Shown: positions 50,770-61,030 of the stretch, piece by piece
Layout: each line of letters begins with the position of its first letter
Position numbering within the stretch: the first letter of the stretch is position 1
Origin: Camelus dromedarius
Lineage: Eukaryota
NCBI RefSeq assembly: GCF_036321535.1
Contig: NC_087437.1
Location: forward strand, 107,014,001-107,078,000
DNA: 64,000 bases
Direction: 5' to 3'
Translations under genes and position numbers: made by a program
The notes under the pieces: generated by a model
Databases searched by the model: none
Told to the model about the DNA's origin: nothing
Seen by the model: only the letters and a program-made list of their open reading frames with translations

Positions 50770-50869
50770 AGTTAGACAAGGAATAAAAGACTTAAGCCCA
50801 AAGAGAGGAGAAGCAGGAGATAAGAGCAAACATGGGAACAAGATCAGCATAAAACTTAATGTACAAAAG

Positions 50870-52090
50870 TGATAAAGTACAAAGGCTATAAAGTCATTTT
50901 TTTAAAAAAATACCAATAAAATTAGTATTTTATTGGCAGTATGTTATTTGGCAAGATAAGTCAAGAAAATAATAGAGAATATGCAAAAAGAAAGTACGAG
51001 AAATCAAAGTAGTGTACATAAATACAGACTCAATAGAGACTAACATGATAATAAAACACTGTTGTGAGTAACTTTATGCTTATACATTTGAAAAGGTAAA
51101 TGAGATGTACAATTACATGTGAATGTACGTATGTACGTGCATATGTCTTAAATATATGTATCATGTCTCTGTGTGTGTGTCTGTGTGTGTATGTATGTGC
51201 TTGTGTGTAAGCGTGTGATGTTAAAAAAAATCTCAGGAAGAAATAAAAGATCTAAGTATTTCTAAAATTACTTTTAAAAGCTGAATTTGCATTTGCAAAC
51301 TTTCCCACAAACAAAATGACTGTGCAGACTGTGTTTAGGCTGCTTCTACAAAACATTTAAGGAACAATTATACTCACGCAAAATCTCTAAGGGCACAGAA
51401 AAGTAAGGAAATCTCCTCGACCGACTTTATGGAGCTGCCAGAAAAGAATTTTTTTTTAACTTTTTAAAGAGAATCTAAAATGATTTCAAACATTAATTAT
51501 GAAACATTAAAAGCATTCCTTTTAAACTGGGAACAAAGCAAGGAAATCCACTACAGTCTCATCTATTTAAAACTGTAATAAAGCCAGTGAGTATACCTGG
51601 AAAAATGCGTAAGTGTAAAAAATGTATAAAAAGGTCATGAGACTTTCTACCCCAAGTTTATTATGTACTTTTAGTATATATGAATGTTAAATCTATTAAA
51701 TCCTTTTTTTTCTGGGACATGATCACCTACTTTTTTTTTTTTTTACCTCTTTAAGCTGTTAATATGTTAAATACATAATTTGATTTTCAAATGGATATTG
51801 CTAGATTTATTGTGGTGATCATTTCACAGTATATACAAATATTGAATCACTATGTTGTATACCTGAAACCAATGTAACGTTATGTGTTTAAAAAAGAAGT
51901 CATAAGAATTGATAAAGAAAGCATGAAGTTGCTAGTATTAGCACTTTCATGGCTGTTGATGGAGAATGCCCAAGTGGATTGACAAAAACTTATCCGATCA
52001 ATAGGAGAATTTAACAAATATGCTGGAGGTGATGTCAAACTAATGCTATTCATTAATAGTTAGAACATAAAATATAAAGATAAACACTAC
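50870..52090 (+). mobile_element. Ancient L1 ORF2 relics, with a short L1MA-type 3' end at ~51805-51895
   Basis: aactttatgcttatacatttgaaaa, ttctacaaaacatttaaggaacaa, aaagcattccttttaaactgggaacaaagcaagga; tattgtggtgatcatttcacagtatatacaaatattgaatcac. Confidence 0.6.
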
Positions 52091-52969
52091 TGTTTTCACC
52101 ATTTCTGTGTCTATAAAACCATATCTCTCTAGATTGAATCTATTAGTGTTCGCTTTATTTTCTTGTTTTGTTCTCCTTCAGAGTCTGATGTTATCCATGT
52201 TTTAATCTGCTTTGTCTACTTTCATTATTTGTCACTTTCTTTCAAATCCTTTTTTTCATTTATTTCTTCATTTATTTTTGATTTTTAAATTTTCTTTACC
52301 GCCTCTTTCTCTTAAGTCAGTAACAGTTTCATTTGTTTATTCTTACGTTTACTCAAAGTTTTTCAAACTGTGTCTTAAGTTCTAAGAAGTTTTTTTCCTG
52401 TATTTCTAAAAATTTCCTGAGTTCTGTCTGATGTACGTTGTCTCTCATACTTGAATCATTTTCTTCAAGTTTTCTAGTTTATTGTGAATGAGTGAGTTAT
52501 GGTTTTGATCAGTTATGGTTTCTTAAATGTGTCTCGTAAATATGCCTTATGTGTAAGAATGTTACAGTTTCTTTTCCTTTTTCTTAAAATATCTTTGTAT
52601 AAGATTTGGCTTTGATAACTTTGTTACTTATTCTTGTGTAATATTATTTTTTTCTAAACCTTTTACTTGAGGTGGAGTTTAAGATTGCTTTTCTAACTTC
52701 CTTATATAGCCACTTGCTTTCTATGAACTCTTGTTTCTGGCCCCCTCTTGCTTTTATCTGGACTTTCTGACTCCTTGTCCATCCTCAGGCTGATACTTAA
52801 TTTTTATTCCACTCCCTCCTTCAGTGGAGGACCTTGTCTGGAAAAGGAGCCCTAAGTTGGTGCATTTCAACAGTTCTTGGAGGCCAGATCACTTCAGCTC
52901 TTTCATCTTTTTATAACGGATCCCAGCATTCTTGCTTATCACTACTGAGTTTTGAAAAATCCCTTCTGA

Positions 52970-53696
52970 CTTATTTCACTTAGCATAATATCCTCCAGAT
53001 CCATCCATGTTGCTGCAAATGGCAAAATTTCATTCTTTTCATGGCTGAGTAATATTCCATTGCCTATATATATTACATCTTGTTTATCCATCCATTTGTT
53101 GATGGACACTGATGTTCTTTCCTTATCTTGGTTATTGTAAATAATGTTATTATGGATGTTGGAGTGCATACGTCTTTTTGAATTAGTGTTTCTGGTTTTG
53201 TTTTGGTTTTTTTGTTTGTTTGTTTGTTTTTGATATATACCCAGGAGTAGAATTGCTGGGTCATATGGTAGTTCTATTTTTAGATTTATGAGAAACCTCC
53301 ATATTGTTTTGTACAGTGGCTGCACCAATTTACATTCCCACCAACAGCAATACGAGGGTTCCCTTTTCGCCACGTTCTTACCAACATTGGTTATTTGTGT
53401 TCTTTTTGATGATAGCCATCTGATAGATGTGACAGGTGAGAGAGGGTTAAGGAGAGGGGAAATATAGAGGTAGGAGAGTAAGGTACAAATTATTAGGTAT
53501 AAAATAAGCTACAAGGATATATTATACAACATGGAGAATATAGCCAATATTTTATAATAACTTATACATGGAGTATAACCTTTAAAATTGTGAATCACTA
53601 TATCATACACTTGTAACTTACATAACATTATACAGCAACTATACTTCAATAATAAAGAAGATTAAAAGAACAAAGCTAAGCAAAACAAAACAAAAC
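52970..53696 (+). mobile_element. L1 3' end with 5' inversion (inverted ORF2 piece 52970-~53438, direct 3' UTR ~53439-53696)
   Basis: 15-bp perfect TSD aaaaatcccttctga (52955-52969 / 53697-53711); minus ORF 52942-53373 is the L1 ORF2 C-terminus (WECKLVQPL...ELPYDPAI...), whereas the 3' UTR and A-rich tail are on plus. Confidence 0.9.
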
Positions 53697-54539
53697 AAAA
53701 ATCCCTTCTGAACTTTAGCTTCTATTTGCAAATTGACCCTCCTTGCTTCCCTATTAATTCCTGCTATTTTCAAATTTTTCTCTTCTCAGTTAAGGTAGAC
53801 ACAAATCTTTCCTTCTTTTCTTTCCTTTTCTTTCTACACAATGCTGAAACCCTGAACTCTTGTTCCTGTTAAAGGTTTGCTTTAACTTGCTTGGCTTTTG
53901 GGGTTCCCTTGACACTTTTGTTGAAAGGATTGTACCTGGGGTTTTTGTTTTGCAGTCTAGCTGCTCTGGTTTCACGTGGGGCTTCATGGAGGTCCAAAAA
54001 CAATGCCTCTGCCGACACTGTCACTTACCCAGAATCACAAGTCATCAAATTTTTAAAAGAAAAAGGAGAATTTATTAATGGGACTTTAATTTTTTGTGTG
54101 TGGATGTAGTAACAACAAGCGATTCAACTTTAGATTGTGAGCATTTTAATATTGCTGGACTTTTATCATTTGGATAATTTGGGCTATTCTTGGTGAGCAA
54201 GAATGGACAGAAGAACTGGGGTAATTTAAGATGAGAAATAAAATAGGGGTCACATATGGGCTTTCCAGGCTTTAAGAAGCTTTTGGAGAAAATGGCTGAA
54301 CTGTCGTGCTGTGCCCCACTCTTTTCGTTAGTTTTAGAAAGATACATTGGAGCAGGAAAGGTGGTAAAGGGGCCTCATGCTTCCCCAGGGAGAAAGGCAG
54401 TGATCTTTGCTGACCAAGGGCTCAGAATAATGGACTCAACGCTGCAGACCTTCTAACATTAGGCTCCTTGTTACACAGAGCAATGTCAGCTTAATAGTTC
54501 CTATTTACGTTTTCAACTTAAGCCTGAGACCTACTACTG

Positions 54540-54812
54540 CAACATACATGGAGTCCATTACAGACCTGCCATGTTTTGAAGGCCATCATTTAGCAAGGTG
54601 CTCACTAAAGCCTTCAAGAATCTATTTATATTTACTGTATTGTCAGATTCTCCTTCCTTAATGTTCTGTTCTTCTCTAATCCCTTAGTACCAAATCTGTA
54701 TTAGTTAGGGATATTCAGATAAACAGAGACAATAAGATACAAGTTCACCATCTTAAGTGTTAATCTCATCCAAAGGCACCCTGCAAACTGGCACACAAGA
54801 TTAATCATCACA
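54540..54812 (-). mobile_element. Miniature MLT2 LTR (54697-54812) with PBS and start of ERVL internal region
   Basis: Both MLT2 termini (tgtattagttaggg...ggcacacaagattaatcatcaca) in 116 bp; adjacent tagtaccaaatc is the reverse complement of a PBS-like gatttggtacta. Confidence 0.6.
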
Positions 54813-57109
54813 CTTACCTTGGGCTACATTAGACTTTCAGACTATGAACCCTCTCCAGTACTTAACTATGAAACGAGCAAAGCAAAAAGAGAACTTCATC
54901 ATTCTCAGTTGAAGAGTGATTTGTCTTACATTTACAATTCAGTCACATTCGTGGGGAATCAGGAGAGTGATTATAATTGTATAATGTAATTATAATTATG
55001 TATTTATCCTGGGCTAATGCACAAAAATTTTGGGGTACAGTATTCTGCGGTTACAAAGTCATATAGTAGTATTTCTGGATTTGTTTCTCGGAGAATAATC
55101 TCTAATATGTAATGCATTACCAAGTCTTAAATACACAGCAGATCTCCTTTTCATGTTCTACAGAAGAGCTGTACAATGGCATACTTCTTTCCCTAAATGT
55201 GCATAATTTTCTTATTTTGTATATGTGCATTGCTTTCTGTGGAAAATTTAAATCTCTGCTTTTTAAGATTGCCCAAGATGACATAAAAATATTTGTCTTT
55301 CTTAATTCTTGTACGTTATTGCCCTGTAATGAAAAAGAGTAACACTCTGAGGTGGAAAATGAAATACTGACCCCAAAACAAGGAACACTGTATACCAATT
55401 TAAGCATCTGTTAAATTCTAACCATCCTTGACCTGACCATTTCCATTCATTTCCATCATGAATGAGAGCCTAAACTGAATGGGCTGATGAGACAGAGGAC
55501 CTGGGGTAGCAGTAGCTTGAGGTTTACTTTGAAGTTTGTCTTAAGTGCTACCTCGCCATCCAATACTACCTGTACTGGGTTCACCTGACTGGTTCTGCCT
55601 TGACAAGAAGACGGCAGACCGTACACATATTTCTAGTTCTGCTCTGATGGCTTCTCAGCTGTCTCGGTGAGGAGTTTCTTCCCGGTGACTTGATTTTGAA
55701 GGAAAAAATTCTTGGCATTGGCACTGCCACCAGCACACATCACTAACTGGCTAAGATAACAGGTCACAGATCTAACACCAAAGCAGCGTGCAGTTTGATT
55801 GCAGGGGGAAAGGGTATCTAATAAATAAGACAATTTACTAGAAAAGCAATAAGTAAAATAAACAACAACAACAAAGTCAGTTGAATTTTATGTAGTTCAT
55901 ATGATACGGACCCAGGGGGGAATAATCATCTACTAAAATGTAGATTATATGTATCTGGAGGCCATCATAATTTAAGATTTCTGCTCCATTCTTTTGAAAT
56001 GTACCCCCTAACAGACTCACCAATGCACTTATCAATGTGTGCTAATTCATCTCTTATATCTGTTGGGGCAAAGTATATGTTTAATGTGCTGGGTCAGAAT
56101 GAGTTGTTGAGATTAACGAAGTTAAGTAGAATTAATCTACGTGAAATAATTCAATTATAAGAAAATGCATTTGGGTGAATCCAGGAAGTTTAGTATTTAT
56201 TTTTCTTAATTAATTTAGTGCCAAGAGTGCTTCTTGTAAAATTTACGAGATTCTGTGAACTTAATAGCTTTTCCCAGATTTAGAAAATATACAGCAAATG
56301 TATCTTCTGTGAAAAATTGAAATTGTTTTATTCATTTTGATTTGCAGCAGTGATATTTATCAGGCTCTGTTTTTTAGTTCTTACAGTGTATTTTTATGAT
56401 TGCTTTTATTGATAATGATCAGCAACTTTCTTCCCATTTAAAGTAATTTAAACATGATCTATTAATATAATACATGTTTTGGTCTGCTTCACAGTAACAA
56501 ATGAGGGAATGTTACTATTCTTTTCATTTAGTTGAAATTTTGCCAGAATAATTTCATAAGAATGCAAACACTTCATCTTCAAAGCAACATTAGAAATTAC
56601 TGAAGGGTGGACGTCAGTGCATTCCCACTATACAACTTCCTTGGTACCAAATGAAAGAGTCATCGTTTGGATTTCTTTTAATCTGATATTGCCTCAACAA
56701 AACAGAGCCAAAGATAATTTTTAGACATTAGTATCTATTAAAGGCACCCAAGAAACACTACCCAGCCTTTAGGGATAACTGTCTTTAAAGGCAAGCTTCA
56801 TAGTTAAAGCTGGAGGCGATATGAAATTAAATAGCTGGTCGAGGGAGGTCTTATTTATGCCCATGCCTGGATTGAAAGTGAATTCACATTTGCCTTGTCA
56901 AGTTATGGAGCATGTTTTTTCATGATATTGAAAACCAATTCTGTTCCTTTGGTTTCAGATGTCTCATTCAGTTAACCTACTGACTAACGTGCACAGGATT
57001 CAGATACTCTTCAAACCAAGAACTCTTCAACTGTTTCCCTTGCCAGTCAAGTTTTAACCTCTGTTCTGAAGATTTTCAGTTATCTTCTTCTTCATTCATC
57101 GGCTTCTTA

Positions 57110-58137
57110 CAGCAGTTAGTTACTGCTAAATAACAAATGATCCTGAAACTCAGTGTCTTAAAACAACATTTATTATTTCTCACAAGGTTGCAAGTTGGCT
57201 GGTGGGGTCTACTGATCTTTGCCAGGCTTGACTGGCTCACACTAGACTCTTACCTTAAACAGCAAACAAATCTAAAAGCGTTCCCACCTCTGGGTGTTCA
57301 TCTGGGATTCACTCAATATCTGGCAGTCAGCTGACTGTCAGCCACCCGTGTCAGTGGTTCCCAGGACCACTCTTCAGAGTCCATGATTCTCCAGGAGGAG
57401 CCGCAGGACTCAGCATGTAGCCAAACTCGTGGCTGTAATTTGTGACAAACAAAGGATACAAAAGCAAAGATACTCGGGGTGAATTCCTGAGGAAACCAGA
57501 CACAAGCTTCCAAGCGCCTTCTTTTAGCAGAGTCTCCTAGGCTGCTCCTGACTCTTCCGGCAATGAATTGTGGTGGCGCATCTGAAATGTTGTCTACCAG
57601 GAAATTTCATTAGAGCCTCCACGGCCAGGGTTTGTATGAGGTCATGTAAGCTCCCTCTGCCTGGCATGTGCCAAAATTCCAGGCCCTCAGAACAAAAGCA
57701 GGTGTTCAGCAGAAACCATATTGCTTGCACAAACATTTTAGGCACAGTGAGCCACTCTTACCAGTTAGGCTGGTGGGGAGCATTTGAGAAATCCAAGTTT
57801 TCAGATGCCAGCTCAGGGTCCATCTTGCAAGCAGGTCTTTCCAAGGATAGAAGTCTCAGGCGTCCTAGGTTAATTTTTTTTCTGGATACCACCCCAGGCT
57901 TTTTCTCCAGCTAAGGTTTAAGTTCCAAGAAGACAACTGGAAACTCAAAAGGCCTCTTGAAGGCTAGGCCAGGAATTGGCACACGCTTACTTTTGACACA
58001 GTGTACCGACCAGAGAGTCCCAAGATTCCAGTGGAGAGAATACAGACTCCATTTCTTTACGGAATGACTGCAGTGCTTCATCACAAAGGACACAGAGAGT
58101 CTTCAACCGGGCTCATGAAAGCAATCAATCTTCCACA
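57110..58137 (-). mobile_element. MLT1H-like MaLR LTR, split by MER21
   Basis: taacaaatgatcctgaaactcagtgtcttaaaacaacatttattatttctcac; distal aaggcctcttgaaggctaggccaggaattggcaca...aatcttccaca. Confidence 0.7.
57347..57888 (-). mobile_element. MER21-like solo LTR nested in MLT1H
   Basis: ttgcaagcaggtctttccaaggatagaagtctcagg (reverse complement of the MER21 5' end); perfect 5-bp TSD CCACC (57342-57346 / 57889-57893). Confidence 0.8.
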
Positions 58138-59479
58138 CTTCCCAAACTCCTATACTGTGTCTTAGAAGGTTGTGAGAAGCTTAGGACTTGCCCCGTGCCA
58201 CTCCTGCAGTTCTGTCCTATTCTACCATGAGCTTCTGTCACAATGCCCTCTCAGTCGCCTCTGGATACCACGATTGTCACTTCCCAAAAGCTAATTCTCA
58301 AACCTCAGTTGAGAGACAACTATGGTATCTCTCACAAAGCTGAATGCGTTGGATCAACCGTTTGGGTCTTTTCATGTCTTTCTTCACCCTTAATGTGCAG
58401 GTTTGCAATAGGACAGCTGTTATTTGTCAGGGGTATGGGAGATGACACCTTAGGCAGTGCAGAATGGCTCTCCATCAACTCCAGCTCCACAGACTCAAAG
58501 TCTGTATCCCACTGATGACGTGCAGCCACTGTCACACCCAAGAGGTTTCAAACTCAACTGGACTCAGTCCACTAAAGAGCAGCCAGATCTGAGACCCACC
58601 CCATCTCGGGGAGTCCAGTTCTGTAACTTTCCAACAGCTTATCCAGGGCTCCTTGGGCAGCTGGTGAGAATGCTTCAGGGAAAACTTCAGAGCAATCCAA
58701 CCCAGATCCCAATTTTTAGGTTAGGGAGAGACTAATGACGTGGGAATTAGAAATAATTGATGCCTAACACTCATTCCCCTGGATATTTTCAGGCTGCTTA
58801 CGATCCAATCAGAGCATGTCACTGGTAGGAGAGCTTTATGGCTTTTATCGGTAAAATGTCACAGCTGTTACAGTTTCATTTTAGTGGAGCACGGTCTTAA
58901 TACCCAAAATAGCAGATTTTAGCGTGGACTTTAAAGGAACATTCCTCTTAGGACTCTTTCCCGGACAGTATAATTCCTCCCCACGACATTTCCTTGGCAG
59001 GACAATCTGACCAATTTTGTCTCGGCCCAGACATGACAACACTAACTGCTCTTTTTCATGCGCTAATGAACTGTTCTCTCTGATTACCTTCTTCCCGCAT
59101 TCATTTGGCCTGACTTTTAAAGCTAATTCAACAATTTCATGCCTGATAGAATGGTTTTGAATAGAGCATCATTCCTTTAAATAAAGAAGTGCTCAGAATA
59201 TTTTTAAAGGTTGAAATTTGGGGGTGAATTTTTGTTAGAAAGTCATCCATGCTGTTTTGAAACACCATAAATGTATAACTTAATACCCAAAGGAAAGACC
59301 CACAATTGAAAAGGTATTTGTATTTAACCCAAACTGGTCTATTCACAGTTAAGACCTCAATAAGTTTAAAGGGTGAAATCTTCGTGTCGTCTAAATTGAC
59401 AATATTCTTTGTTAAGATTGTCCAAAAGATAGTATTCTGATTTTCTTTGAAGTAATTATTTAAAAATAAATAAATAGCT

Positions 59480-59700
59480 AGCATACATTTGAGTACTTAG
59501 TATAGGAAAAGCACTACATAGAAGACTTTATATATTTTATCATATATGTCAACCATAAATCAACTTTTAGAGGTACCATTTTGCAGATGAAAAAAACTAA
59601 GACTTACAGAAGTTTAGTGGCTTAATCAAACACACTGATAATGAGTAGTAGGGTCAGCATTGAAATTCAGCTCAATCTGACTCAAAAGACCAAGGCTGAT
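59480..59700 (-). mobile_element. MIR SINE
   Basis: ccattttgcagatgaaaaaaactaagacttacagaagtttagtggctt. Confidence 0.75.
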
Positions 59701-60523
59701 TTAAAATAGTCCATATACTTAAATATACATCAAATGCCAACACATGGATACATACACACACACACATTTTTTTTAGAATGTATTTGGATCTTTTGAAACT
59801 TGAAAAACTTTTAAAAATGCTACCTCCCAAATAACTTCATAATCTTCAAAACAATATTATTTAATACTACAATCACAAGCCATAAATAGAACAAAGACAC
59901 TTAAATATGTTATCCTGACTACTGTACAAACTAGAATGTCTCCTCAGATTCCAAGACTTAGAAGATTGTTGCTAAGATTTTATTTTCTTTCCAAAATGAT
60001 GATTCTTGGCAGACAGAGTACGATTTTATTCACAGAAAACATTGTCTTAGGGAATTTTCTCTGTAGGAAAATTCTGAAGAGAATTTATAGAAAACAGTGC
60101 TCAGGAAACTTCCTTTTCAAGGCAGGCTGTAAGAAGCCTGGGCCTGTCAGAAAAAAAATGCCTACGAAAATATTCCCTATGAATCATGGAGACGTTCTCA
60201 AAAAGATTCTAATAAATCTGAAGAACATACGCTTGAATTTAGAGATGAATTTAACTTTACTCAGTGGGATTTTATCTAAAGCATTATAGACATACCCTGT
60301 TATGGTTGCTTTCTTTGTTTTTAGCTCTGTCTGTCATGCCTTATCCTAAGAGTTGTGCAGTAAGAGGCCTGAGTAGGGGAAACACATTTTTATTTATCTA
60401 GAATTACTGTGGGTGAGTTGGCCATAATCTGAACCACTACCCATCAAGTTTTATCATCGAAAGTTAAAATGTCCCTTTGGAGATGAGTGCAAAGTAAAGA
60501 GTATATAAAACATGTGTTTCTTT

Positions 60524-60547
60524 TTGTTGTTGTTGTTGTTGTTGTTG
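60524..60547. repeat. (TTG)8 microsatellite
   Basis: Direct read. Confidence 0.95.
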
Positions 60548-60799
60548 TTTTAGTAAATCTTCCTTCTAGTTCAAATCCCTGGAGGACACAGAAGCAATAA
60601 CCCTCAAGAAAGCACCCTGTTATTGGATTGCATCAATTTCCTACCCTGCAGGACATCCAAGACTCAGAGCCATTGTTAAAGGGAGACCCTCAGGCGTACA
60701 ACAGGGCCCATGAAGGATCATTAGCAGAGCTCCTGGGGCCAAGAGAGTGCTTAGTTCCAGAGAGAGAAGGTAACCTTTTATCCACCTTGAGAGGATAAG

Positions 60800-61030
60800 G
60801 TTATTAAGTAGCACTCATTTGAAATATGTGCTAATCCAAGCACTGTTTTAAATACTTAGCTTGGGTTAATGTAGCAAATCCTCGGAGTACTTTCATTCTC
60901 TCTCCCTTTTGTGGATTAGGAAACTGAGAACCGATGTTGGGTAACCTATCCATAGTGACACAGAGTCAGTGTCATCTAGCCACTTGAACATCAACTTATT
61001 TCTCCAGCTATTTCCTCCCACCCACTGCAC
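60800..61030 (-). mobile_element. MIR SINE
   Basis: tttgtggattaggaaactgagaacc...taacctatccatagtgacacag. Confidence 0.7.

Noticed and set aside
52942..53373. 143-aa ORF with real protein motifs
   Set aside because: Decayed L1 ORF2 C-terminus with a frameshift, not a host gene.
59137..60289. 115-aa (minus) and 117-aa (plus) ORFs
   Set aside because: K/I/F/L/N-biased translations of AT-rich DNA; no domain recognised and no convincing splice boundaries.
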